Below, piece by piece: positions 1 through 8,953 of a DNA stretch of 64,000 bases. Made by a program: the position numbers and the translations under genes. The stretch is from the NCBI GenBank assembly GCA_000002435.2, contig CM018790.1, one strand, 5' to 3'. The notes under the pieces were generated by a model. That model saw only the letters and a program-made list of their open reading frames with translations, was not told where the DNA came from and ran no database searches. Each line of letters opens with the position of its first letter. Within the stretch, counting starts at the first letter, position 1. The stretch is from Giardia intestinalis. Lineage: Eukaryota.

Positions 1-1
1 C

Positions 2-1045
2 TCCATGATGTTTATCAACTCCTACAAAATGAAGATGGCTGTTATAATCGGTATTCTTCAAATGATCTTTGGTATAGTTCTAAAGCTGCTTAACGTTATC
101 TATTCACGAGACATTGTCGGGCTCCTCACTTGCTGGATCCCCGAATTTCTCTTTATGACGTGCTTCTTTGGTTACATGGTCTTTTGTATTATCTACAAGT
201 GGCTTAATGAGTGGCCAGAGGGAAGCAATCCTCCTGCCCTGACAAGCCTACTCATCCAAATGTTTTTAAGTCCAGGGAGCATAAGTCCGGAGAGCTACTT
301 ATTCAACAATATTCCCCTTCAGACCAATCTTCAGCTGGCTCTTTTCGCTATTTGCATAATTTCTGTCTTGTGGCTAGCCGTGGCCAAGCCGGTATATGAG
401 GTTGTTCAATTGAAGAAGGCAGCCAAGAAGGGGCTTGCTCATGGAGTTCCCATTTTCTCTGGTCAGGCAGCATCGCATGAAGCGGCTCCAATCACATCTG
501 AGGCAGATTTGGCCAAGGCAGATACAGATGATGCTCAGACAGATAAGACGAACTTACTCGTGAGTGACGGTAAAGATGCACAAGGTCGTGGCAGCTCACG
601 AAAGGCGGACCAAGATGACGATGACGAAGCCCATGGAGTGGGTGACATAGTCGTTCACCAAGTGATACACACAATCGAGTATGTTCTGGGAGCCATTTCT
701 CATACTGCCTCTTACCTACGTCTGTGGGCCTTGTCCCTAGCACACGCACAGCTTTCAGAGGTCTTCTATGAGCAATTGTTTACTCTCTCGTACGGTTTTT
801 CTGTTTCCGAGAACAAGTGGCTCAGCGGGGTTGTTCAGGGGGTCTCCTTCTTTGTGACGTACTCTGCTTGGTTCGGAGTCACCATAGGCGTCATCATTCT
901 CATGGAGGCCTTGTCAGCTTTTCTCCATGGCCTCCGTCTTGCCTGGATAGAGTTCAACAGCAAGTTCTATCAGGCTGAAGGATACATATTCGAACCTCTG
1001 GCTCCGGTGGAGTACACTCTTTCTCTAGAGAAGCAGGACGAATAA
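2..1045 (+). CDS. V-type ATPase 116 kDa (subunit a, V0 sector), C-terminal part; 5' end outside the window
   Basis: The ORF runs in from the window edge. It contains the conserved V0-a C-terminal TM block, including YLRLWALSLAHAQLSEVF and multiple TM helices. Stop is at 1043-1045, followed by AGTGAAT (a polyadenylation-signal-like AGTRAAY). Confidence 0.85.
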   Translation, partial: SMMFINSYKMKMAVIIGILQMIFGIVLKLLNVIYSRDIVGLLTCWIPEFLFMTCFFGYMVFCIIYKWLNEWPEGSNPPALTSLLIQMFLSPGSISPESYLFNNIPLQTNLQLALFAICIISVLWLAVAKPVYEVVQLKKAAKKGLAHGVPIFSGQAASHEAAPITSEADLAKADTDDAQTDKTNLLVSDGKDAQGRGSSRKADQDDDDEAHGVGDIVVHQVIHTIEYVLGAISHTASYLRLWALSLAHAQLSEVFYEQLFTLSYGFSVSENKWLSGVVQGVSFFVTYSAWFGVTIGVIILMEALSAFLHGLRLAWIEFNSKFYQAEGYIFEPLAPVEYTLSLEKQDE

Positions 1046-1103
1046 GTGAATTCCAGGTTGATCTTGTGCGATTATTATCTTTGCTAAATTAATTTTGTCA
1101 AAA

Positions 1104-1661
1104 ATGTGGGGTTTAAACTTTTTTATTATGGCCGTACAGCGCCAAGTATTTCTCGATGAGCCTACCACGGGACTCGACCCTGTGACAAAGCGTGCAGTTT
1201 GGCGAACAATCGAAGAGGCCAAACAGGGCAAGACCATCATCTTAACAACGCATAGTATGGAGGAAGCTGACAGCCTTGCACAGTACATCGCAATCATGGC
1301 GGCTGGTCAGCTTCGATGCATTGGAACCAAGGAACGGTTGAAGGCTCGATTTGGCTCTGGCTACAGAGTCCAGATCATTCACGTCACAGAGTCAGTTGGC
1401 CGCGTCGACGCACTTCTTGTCTGCTCAGCACCTTATATCCGTCTTGAAAAGAGGGAGCATATCCCCAATGACAAAACGCACACTCGATCCTTCTACGTTG
1501 TTCCTCAAGGGCATCCAATCTCGTACCTCTATAAAGCCCTATATAGAGAGAAGTCCAGCGGGTCTGGACTAATAAAAGAGTTTGGAGTCTCATTCACAGG
1601 CCTCGAGGAGGTGTTTTTGACCATTGCACACATGGTAGAGCCGCCGCCAGAAGGAGTATAG
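1104..1661 (+). CDS. ABC transporter nucleotide-binding-domain C-terminal fragment (ABCA-like), a probable gene remnant
   Basis: Walker B (VFLDEPTTGLDP), D-loop and H-loop (IILTTHSMEEA) are present. Walker A, the Q-loop and the LSGGQ signature are absent, and there is no space for them upstream: the V-ATPase stop is at 1045 and only an AT-rich initiator-like sequence (aaaaATG) intervenes. The ORF-caller start at 1095 is TTG; the first ATG is at 1104. Confidence 0.5.
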   Translation: MWGLNFFIMAVQRQVFLDEPTTGLDPVTKRAVWRTIEEAKQGKTIILTTHSMEEADSLAQYIAIMAAGQLRCIGTKERLKARFGSGYRVQIIHVTESVGRVDALLVCSAPYIRLEKREHIPNDKTHTRSFYVVPQGHPISYLYKALYREKSSGSGLIKEFGVSFTGLEEVFLTIAHMVEPPPEGV

Positions 1662-1673
1662 ATACTTTGGATG

Positions 1674-3815
1674 TTATACCGTCATCTCTATCCAAGCAGG
1701 GTTTATCTCCGAGACTGTGCGCATATATGCAAACGAAGTTATCACTATTTCATTATAGAGAACAAAGTTAGGGTTCTGTTTGAGGCATGAAGCAGGGTGG
1801 ATTCTACACTCTCCTGATGACCCCTCGTACGTTCTGTGATCATTACTTAGCTTTGCAACGTTAGAGATATATCCCTTTAATATACAAAAGATCACCTTAT
1901 CCTCGTCGTCCATCTCTGTATATAGACCACAAGGAGGACTCTCAGTCTCGGCTCCCGCCCCCTTTCGGGAAGCCTTACAGTATGAGTTATAGATGTCAAT
2001 GAGCTGCCGATATACATTCTTTGCATATTCTAAGCTTTTATATGAAAGGTAGTACTTGGTGCACCATGCACGCTTGTTCTCAGACTCTTCACAGTATGCC
2101 TTCCAGATATTCAGTAAAGTGATGTGGTCACCCTTCAGAGAATAAAATTGGGTTCTGGCCAGTGCGCTCTGGTCCCGTGTCTCTATGTCCACAGATGATA
2201 CAAAGACCCCGTCACACGACAAGAGAGCTACAACTCCTACCACATCCTTTACTATCTTCTTCCCGAACTTGTGTGCAGTCAAAATCGATATTGCCAGCTC
2301 TGGATCGGTAGGGAACCGGACAACCTCCCTCCCCAAAGGCGATAGGATGAGCTGAGGCTCCATCTGCGACTGATTGTCAACACCATCTTCTGTCTTCTTT
2401 ATCTGGATGCACCCCATGCGAGAAAGCTTAACTATGGCTGCCTTTTTCGCTTGGCGCGGAGGGTCAGTAATAAATTCATATGTCACAGGATTTGTTATGC
2501 CAAACGCAATAATGGTTAAGAACACAGGCATGAGATCTGTCAGCATAATCTCGGGCACATCTTGAGGCTCTAAATTTGCATATGTTTCATGGGTGTAAAT
2601 GTGGTAGCATTCTCCCTCCATTAAACGGCCCGCCCTACCCGACCGCTGAAGTATCGACGCCTGTGAGCAGGGAAGGGTTATTAGCTCCGATGTGCCCGTT
2701 GTATGATGAAACTGCTTTTTTCGCACAAACCCGCAATCCACGACATAGCGGATATTAGGCACGGTAATACTGGTTTCTGCTATATTTGTGGCGACAATTA
2801 CTCGCCGCACATTCTCGGCTGCTGATGAGAAAACCCTCATCTGCTCTGTGGTTGGGAGATTGGCATAGAAAGGCAAAACTTCTATTAGTGATGCCTCACC
2901 AGGAAGTTGAACAGTGAACCCACCTGCAGGCTTTATGGCGTCTCTGTTGGAAAATAGAGGTCCTAAAGACAACCGGTCATCATCTTCAAGGCTCTCATTA
3001 TCGTCAATACAATTTGGCCTGTTATCATCAGCACCTTCAGGCTCATACAATACACCAAACTTAGCACAGTGATTCCTGATTGCAGCAACAACATTTCTGA
3101 TCTCTAGCTCACCTGGCATGAAAACTAAGATGTCTCCGCTTTTGCAGTCCTTACAGATCTGAAGCACAGCTGAGACACACGCTTCCTGATAGCTCTTAAC
3201 AGCTTCTAGAGTGAAGTAGTGCTTAATAGGATACTGTCTTCCTTTGATGGATAGGATGGCATTTGCTGCGTGTGCTCCAAAGTAACGAACAAAGCTGGCC
3301 GCAGCGATAGTGGCAGACATGACCACCACTCGCAACTTCGGGTTTTTATCGAGCGCTGTCTTAAGAAATCCAAACAGAAGGTCGGTGCTCACGCTTCGTT
3401 CATGAGCTTCATCTACTATGACAATACTGTCAGAGTGAAAGAGTGGATCAAGTAGCGCTTCTCTAATGACTACACCATCTGTTGCATACCGTATTCTGGT
3501 TGACTTGGAAACTTTTGCGTCAAATCGAACGCTGTATCCAACCTCCTGACCCAGAGACGCGCCTCTCTCTTGTGCTACACGCAGTGCAAGTGATATAGCC
3601 GCAACCCGACGGGGCTGTGTTACTGTTATTCTTTTGATTGATGCATTAGCGTCAATAAGGTATTGGGGAAGCTGAGTGCTCTTTCCACTGCCCGTTGAAC
3701 CCACAACAACCACAACGCGCTGTGGAGAGTGTAGGATAGAATCAATTAACTGTTTCTTAATGGGATATATGGGAAGGGCGCGCTGTTCGCTCTGTATTGT
3801 GGATTGAGAAGGCAT
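1674..3815 (-). CDS. DEAH-box (DExH) ATP-dependent RNA helicase
   Basis: Motifs GSTGSGKST (I), TQPRRVAA (Ia), DEAHER (II), SAT (III) and QRSGRAGR (VI), followed by an HA2/OB-like C-terminal region. ATG at complement(3813..3815) is preceded by an AT-rich initiator. Confidence 0.9.
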   Translation of the reverse strand: MPSQSTIQSEQRALPIYPIKKQLIDSILHSPQRVVVVVGSTGSGKSTQLPQYLIDANASIKRITVTQPRRVAAISLALRVAQERGASLGQEVGYSVRFDAKVSKSTRIRYATDGVVIREALLDPLFHSDSIVIVDEAHERSVSTDLLFGFLKTALDKNPKLRVVVMSATIAAASFVRYFGAHAANAILSIKGRQYPIKHYFTLEAVKSYQEACVSAVLQICKDCKSGDILVFMPGELEIRNVVAAIRNHCAKFGVLYEPEGADDNRPNCIDDNESLEDDDRLSLGPLFSNRDAIKPAGGFTVQLPGEASLIEVLPFYANLPTTEQMRVFSSAAENVRRVIVATNIAETSITVPNIRYVVDCGFVRKKQFHHTTGTSELITLPCSQASILQRSGRAGRLMEGECYHIYTHETYANLEPQDVPEIMLTDLMPVFLTIIAFGITNPVTYEFITDPPRQAKKAAIVKLSRMGCIQIKKTEDGVDNQSQMEPQLILSPLGREVVRFPTDPELAISILTAHKFGKKIVKDVVGVVALLSCDGVFVSSVDIETRDQSALARTQFYSLKGDHITLLNIWKAYCEESENKRAWCTKYYLSYKSLEYAKNVYRQLIDIYNSYCKASRKGAGAETESPPCGLYTEMDDEDKVIFCILKGYISNVAKLSNDHRTYEGSSGECRIHPASCLKQNPNFVLYNEIVITSFAYMRTVSEINPAWIEMTV

Positions 3816-3840
3816 CTTTTATTTTTAAATAAACTTTACT

Positions 3841-4885
3841 CTCCAAGGGATTTACTCTTCTTCATCAAGGTCGGCTTGCTAGCTCCTGTCCGAGTAAACC
3901 CGTCCAGGATCCGAAGCTCGGATGCCGCCCACTCTGGAGAAGAGCCTTGTGCCTCCTCGCCCGGGGAGCCGTTGGGTGCCCCACTATGCGCTCTGGGGCG
4001 TCTCTCCTCTCTGACTGGCTTGGGTCAACCATCGTCTGACATCTAGTGAGCACCCGCTGTCTCGGGCCTTGCGTCAGTCGTGGCGATCCAGTCTCGAGAG
4101 CAGTTAACTCTGGCCATGTACTCTGGAGTAGCTTTGTGGCCCTGGTGCTCTACGACGAGGATCGCACGCCACGACTTCGGGTGTCTACCCCGTTCCTCGG
4201 GTGCCTCTTTGTCTCCCCATGACGTGGATCATCGACCCTATTGTCGGAGGTGCGCTCCCCATACGCCTCCATCTTGGAGTCATAGTACGCGTTCGTGGAT
4301 GCCGATGGAGTACTCCTATGCGTTGTGTCGGGGGAGAAGTATGGCCCTCTGCTCATGGATCGCAGGGCGCTCTTGCAGGTGGTCAGTCACTCAGCACGAG
4401 ATCATGTCAGCGCTCACCCTGTGCAGTGCGTCTGGCTCGGTGACGTGTGGGCTGGTCCATCTGCACAGCACACTTGGGTGATGCTTCGGTCTGTCGAGGC
4501 GTCGTCCAAAGCATCAGAAGCGGTCAGGACCGGTTCATCGAGGTCGTCTCTCTACAACCGGCACCCGTCTACTCGAGGGTGTCAGGCACTGCCAGCTGCT
4601 GCGGCAGACGCCTGGCGGGTGGCCCAGGTCACCGCTCTCCGGTGTGGGCAGGATCAGTCCGCCTCTGCCAACCAGACACCCCAGGGGCCCCATCTCTTGT
4701 CGAGGGACTCACATAGGCCACGTGTGGGTCCATCCTGGCCAGTGGGCAGTGATTGGTGCCATCACTGGCTCCAGGCCCTCCGTTGCCCCCTCTATCGCCT
4801 CGGGGAAGGAGGCATAAATCTTCCCCGTCAGAAGCAGACGGCATCCGACTTCGGACTTCGGATTCTGGGTCTCAGCTGGTGAACA
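3841..4885 (+). repeat. GC-rich non-coding dispersed repeat, copy A (~1 kb); direct repeat of 54508..55525
   Basis: By eye this aligns along its whole length with 54508..55525. Nearly identical blocks: 4141-4320 vs 54771-54950 with about 2 differences, and 4561-4880 vs 55201-55520 with about 7 differences. The 5' block and middle are more diverged, with several indels including a ~35-40 nt length difference near 4060-4140. No ORF is conserved between copies because indels shift the frames. Confidence 0.85.
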
Positions 4886-5250
4886 AGCAAGGGGCTTGCC
4901 TGGTATAATAACCCGCATGGGGATTTGCTCGGATTAACTTCCGATATTCCTTAAAATGAAGACGGTACTCGGCAAAACCTCAAGTAGTCTATCTTACATG
5001 ATATCACGAACTTGATAAGAAGACATGAGGGCGGCATAATTAGCCGGTAGATCGACACTAGAAAAAAGAATACCTACTATCCTTACTTCAGAGCAAAACG
5101 ATACCAAGTTAATTGGCTTAAAGTGCAAGACACAAACATGAACGGCGACTCATGAAAAACCACACATTGGGTCAATAGTTGGTGGATTTTTTCATCAAGA
5201 CAAGTAAACAGTGAAGAAAATTGAAAGCTTATTTATTGAGAAATCTCACA

Positions 5251-7761
5251 ATGACTCTTGTCGTCTCTCTTCTTCTTTTGTACGGTATTTTCTCAGAATG
5301 CGCCCAGAACAGTGACTGCGGGGGTGCGACCGGCGTCTGCAACGTCACGATCGGCGGCAAGAAGTACTGCTCCAAGTGCGACGGAGCACGGGTCCCCGTC
5401 AACGGAGACTGCAGGCTGCTGAGCCTCTCGCGGAGCATATGCATAGTTCCTACAGATAGCACCCCCACTCCAGGCTCCTGCTCGGGCTGCATCCGTGACT
5501 TCCTCTTCTACAGGGGCGGGTGCTACCGCACGGCATCCCTGATCAACGCCATATGCAAGGAGAAGCACATCGTCGAGGAGGGGATGTACTGCGGGGCGTG
5601 CGCCATCGAGGGCGACGTCCCGATCGACGGGGTGTGCGTAGCAGCAAGCGCAGATAGCTCTGGAAACACGTGTGACAAGGGCGTGTGCACGACATGTGGC
5701 AACGGATACTTCTTCCACTACGGGTCGTGCTACAAGTTCGGAGGGTCCCCGGGTGCCAACATTTGCTCTGACAGTACTAGCACTACTGGCTCTGTCTGTG
5801 GCTCTTGCGGGTCGAAGTTTGTCAAGAACCCTAGTGCGGGCCCATCTGCCACCTCCTGCTTCGCGTGCTACGGCCTGGACGGGACCCTCTTCTGCGAGCG
5901 CTGCCGGATGAACGTGCTCACGAGCACAGATGTGAAGCCCACCCTCTGTACGAAATGTAAGTCGGGGCACATCCCCCTCGATGGACGATGCATCTCCGCC
6001 TTCTCTGCTGCTTCTGCACTCGCCGGCTGCTCCACCTACAAAGGTTCAGACAATGCCATGGGACTTTGCGAAACGTGCTCCTCCGGCTACATGCTCTTCT
6101 ACGGGAGCTGCTACTCTGTCAACGGCCCCCTCGCCCAGGCCATCTGCAAGACCGAGAACCAGATCTACCTCGGGGGAAGAGTCTTCTGCAAGCAGTGCGC
6201 CCAGACAGACCACTACCCCATCAACGGCTTATGCATTGCTGATAAGGGATCACATACGTGCGAGGCGGGCATCTGCACAGCATGCGACACCAGCACAACC
6301 CCCGTCGACAACTCCAAGGTTTTCCCGTTCTATAACGGCTGCTATGATGCAAACTCTGCAATCGGAAAGCTAATATGCCAGGAGGCGTCTAATGGAGCGT
6401 GCTCAACTTGCAATACAAACGAGACATCGAATATAATAGCTAATCCTAATTCTGCAGATGGCCAACCAAAATGTCTTGGATGTTGGGACGAGGCAGCTAC
6501 TGGGGTGGCCAACTGCGGAGGGTGTGCGACCGGCACAGACGGCGATTCCAAGATCGTCTGTAGCAAGTGCACCGACTCGACGGAACCCAAAGACAACACG
6601 TGCCCTCAGGCCCTCCCGCCCACAACGCCTGAAGGATGCGCCGTCCAGGGCTGCCAGGCGTGCTCGAAGGACTCTGCCACGACGTGCGACACTTGCTTCT
6701 CTCCACTTGTCATGAAGGAGGACAAGACGAAGTGCTTCGGGAGCTGCCTTGCGCTGGGTCTTGGCTACTACAACGACGCCGGTGTGTGTAGGCCATGCAC
6801 CAGCAAGTGCCTCACGTGCACAGACGGGACCACATGCACCCAATGCGCCGAAGGGTACTATCTCGAGGTGTCGGGCGCCGGCTCAACGACGGGGACCTGC
6901 AAGGCGTGTGCCGCTGGGTGCTCGACGTGTACTGGTGCTGGTGATAGCCTCTGCTCCACGTGCGTCACAGGGTACTACGCCGCATTCAACGTTAGGCAGG
7001 GAGGACCCGGAAAGTGCGTTCAATGCAGCGTCTCTGAGGACGGGTACACTGGCGTTGAGCATTGTGCAGCCTGCTACAGCACTACAGGGCAGACAACTGG
7101 TGCCAAGAATGTGGTCTGTGAGAGCTGCGAGGACGGGTACCTTAAAGAACATGTCGATAACAAGGTCGTCTGCAACCCACCAGCCCCGAAGTGCACGGTT
7201 CCGTTGTGCGCCATATGTGTCGAAAACGACGCGATGAGGTGCGAGCACTGCACGACCGGCGCGTACCTCTGCCCGCGGACGGCGGCGTGCACGAAGGACT
7301 GCGCCAGCTGCGGCGGCTCGATGTACCCCGACGAGGACCTCGGGGAGTGCCAGCCGTGCGACATCACAAACTGCCTGGTCTGCGCGACGGGGCTCAAGTG
7401 CGAGAGCTGCGCGGAGAACGCCGTCCCCATCTCCCCGGACGTCTACCATACGGCGTGCATGGGCTGCAGCGACACCGGGGGCATGGACGGCTGGGTGGGC
7501 CTCGCGGGGTGCACGACCTGCGAGCTGACCGACAAGGGCGGCGGGAGCGTCAACTGCCTCGACCCTGGCTACTACCGGCGGGGCGGGCTCGGCGGGGGAG
7601 CAATCGCCGCCATCGTCATCGTCGTCCTCCTCGTCCTGGCCGTCGCCGGCTTCCTCGTCTGGTGGTTCGTCTTCAGGAGGGGCGGCCGGCCCAAGCGCGG
7701 GGCGAAGTACACATCGCTCATGCGGGGCGAGTCCTACGACTACCGCCAGTCCCTAATATGA
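5251..7761 (+). CDS. High-cysteine membrane protein (HCMP), VSP-like cysteine-rich ectodomain
   Basis: N-terminal signal peptide MTLVVSLLLLYGIFSECAQ, dozens of CXXC/CXC and GCY-type motifs, a single C-terminal TM (AIAAIVIVVLLVLAVAGFLVWWFVF) and a basic cytoplasmic tail that does not end in CRGKA. The ORF-caller start at 5221 is TTG; the first ATG is at 5251. AGTAAAC lies 7 nt after the stop. Confidence 0.85.
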   Translation: MTLVVSLLLLYGIFSECAQNSDCGGATGVCNVTIGGKKYCSKCDGARVPVNGDCRLLSLSRSICIVPTDSTPTPGSCSGCIRDFLFYRGGCYRTASLINAICKEKHIVEEGMYCGACAIEGDVPIDGVCVAASADSSGNTCDKGVCTTCGNGYFFHYGSCYKFGGSPGANICSDSTSTTGSVCGSCGSKFVKNPSAGPSATSCFACYGLDGTLFCERCRMNVLTSTDVKPTLCTKCKSGHIPLDGRCISAFSAASALAGCSTYKGSDNAMGLCETCSSGYMLFYGSCYSVNGPLAQAICKTENQIYLGGRVFCKQCAQTDHYPINGLCIADKGSHTCEAGICTACDTSTTPVDNSKVFPFYNGCYDANSAIGKLICQEASNGACSTCNTNETSNIIANPNSADGQPKCLGCWDEAATGVANCGGCATGTDGDSKIVCSKCTDSTEPKDNTCPQALPPTTPEGCAVQGCQACSKDSATTCDTCFSPLVMKEDKTKCFGSCLALGLGYYNDAGVCRPCTSKCLTCTDGTTCTQCAEGYYLEVSGAGSTTGTCKACAAGCSTCTGAGDSLCSTCVTGYYAAFNVRQGGPGKCVQCSVSEDGYTGVEHCAACYSTTGQTTGAKNVVCESCEDGYLKEHVDNKVVCNPPAPKCTVPLCAICVENDAMRCEHCTTGAYLCPRTAACTKDCASCGGSMYPDEDLGECQPCDITNCLVCATGLKCESCAENAVPISPDVYHTACMGCSDTGGMDGWVGLAGCTTCELTDKGGGSVNCLDPGYYRRGGLGGGAIAAIVIVVLLVLAVAGFLVWWFVFRRGGRPKRGAKYTSLMRGESYDYRQSLI

Positions 7762-8571
7762 TTCCCCAGTAAACGGAGCTATCGCCTGCCGGTGCCTGTC
7801 TCTGAACGCGCATATCCCGGAGATGTCGACGGAGCCGAGGAGCCTCCGCACCCGCAAGCGCTCCCCCGGAAAGGGCTCGGTGTCCGCCGTCTTCGAGATC
7901 GACACGCTGCACTCTGCGGCATCCGACGCGACGCAGGAGAGGCCGTTGTGGAGCACCACCCGGGAGATCTCGCTGACGTGGACGGACAGCATGGGCCGCA
8001 GAATGCACACTCGATGCTTGGCCCTGCTGGCAAAGTCCATGACCTCGCAGTTGTAGTACCCCCGGAGCCCGAAGAAGGAGGCCCCGTGGACCCCGGTGAT
8101 CGCCAGGGTCTCCAGGTCGTCCAGCAGGTGGTGGCCGAGGGCCAGGGCGTCGTAGCCGCCGGCGGACACAAAGCTCGCCAGTGTTCCGCGGCGGCAGCGA
8201 GAGCAGACGCTGCACGCAGACGCCTTCCTGGCCTCCTGCCCCAATGCATCCAGGCGGGCGATCTTGGCTGAGACGTCCATCCCAACCACCTGCTGCTCGA
8301 ACGTCATGGCTCCCTCTGCGGCGTCGTCGATCGACAGCGCGCACGGGCAGAGGCTCCGTATCGTGTCCAGGATGAAGCCGGGTATCTTTGGGTCGAAGGT
8401 CACAGGGGTCACTTCCAGCGCCCCCAGGTCTCCTAGGCCGATGGGGTCAAACAGCCGCTTGATCATAGTAGCTGGAAGGAAGCCTACGCCTCTTCTGAAA
8501 GGACAAAAGTCGTCCGGTCTAGCCATCGGGACCAGTGGGTCAAACCGTTCAGCGTTAGAAGGAAAAGCCAT
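7753..8571 (-). CDS. Ncs6/Ctu1/TtcA-superfamily (tRNA 2-thiolation PP-loop ATPase family) homolog with a degenerate N-terminus
   Basis: The central block CSVCSRCRRGTLASFVSAGGYDALALGHHLLDDLETLAIT matches the Ctu1/Ncs6 block C..C..RR.AL..GA..L.TGHNADDIAETVLMN. LSIDDAAEG matches the SIDEG block. The expected upstream SGGKDS PP-loop and N-terminal CxxC zinc finger are not found in any frame. The gene overlaps the HCMP 3' end by 9 nt (convergent). Confidence 0.55.
   Translation of the reverse strand: MAFPSNAERFDPLVPMARPDDFCPFRRGVGFLPATMIKRLFDPIGLGDLGALEVTPVTFDPKIPGFILDTIRSLCPCALSIDDAAEGAMTFEQQVVGMDVSAKIARLDALGQEARKASACSVCSRCRRGTLASFVSAGGYDALALGHHLLDDLETLAITGVHGASFFGLRGYYNCEVMDFASRAKHRVCILRPMLSVHVSEISRVVLHNGLSCVASDAAECSVSISKTADTEPFPGERLRVRRLLGSVDISGICAFRDRHRQAIAPFTGESY
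7768..7774 (+). promoter_or_regulatory. Giardia-type polyadenylation signal AGTAAAC downstream of the HCMP stop
   Basis: AGTAAAC lies 7 nt after the TGA at 7759-7761. Consensus AGTRAAY is established for Giardia. Confidence 0.5.
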
Positions 8572-8953
8572 TCTCGGGCGTCGCTAGTCTGCTGCTGTGG
8601 ATCTCAGTGCGTTCCTACGTAGAACAAACCAATTACATGGCCAACGTGTAGCCGCGTCACGCTCTGAAACGCATGTGTCTGTAGACAGTTAGTATACGGT
8701 CCAGTCATCTCCGTGTGCAAAGACTGTCATTAGAAGCAATGGGCTGACAGCCTGGGGCAACATGGTTGAAGCACGCTTCCAAATAGTAGTGGGTGCAGGC
8801 CCGAACAGCAACCTTATGAACAAGTTACTTAAATTACAAGATTAAATTATGAGAATAATGTTCCACCCAGTATGCTCCGAGACGTTAGAGAGCATGCAGA
8901 TACAGGGTACAGTCTACAGAGCAAGCTGCAGTGCAAATTCATAAGTATTGGTT

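Noticed and set aside
3804-4046. 80-aa ORF MRRHLLFLNKLYS... overlapping the DEAH helicase start
   Set aside because: It spans the helicase initiator and the repeat 5' end, and it is not conserved in copy B.
4080-4882. ORFs of 133-195 aa inside repeat copy A (and their counterparts at 54714-55522 and on the minus strand at 4629-4844 / 55269-55628)
   Set aside because: These are open only because of the high GC content. Indels between the two copies put the homologous sequence in different frames, and amino-acid changes are as frequent as nucleotide changes, so they are not coding.
3841-4885. Possibility that the GC-rich repeat is an rDNA fragment or a VSP pseudogene
   Set aside because: It has no recognisable universal rRNA motifs, such as the SSU 3' end or the sarcin-ricin loop. 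Its GC content is well below Giardia rDNA. Its translations show no CXXC periodicity.
5221-5250. ORF-caller start codons at 5221, 8948, 1095, 21915, 29698, 42378, 50110 and 55554
   Set aside because: These are TTG or GTG, translated as M by the ORF caller. A eukaryote requires ATG, so the starts were moved to the first in-frame ATG. In the HCMP this coincides with the signal peptide.
5293-5970. Antisense and alternative-frame ORFs within the HCMP and VSP genes (e.g. 5293-5970 minus, 6403-6843 minus, 51423-51926 plus)
   Set aside because: GC-rich, cysteine-codon-rich genes leave other frames open by chance. These have no motifs and overlap well-supported genes.
7718-8344. Overlapping ORFs 7718-8344 (-), 7779-8285 (-) and 7792-8271 (+) across the Ncs6-like gene
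   Set aside because: Only the 7753-8571 frame carries family motifs. The others are Arg/Pro/Gly-rich translations of GC-rich DNA.
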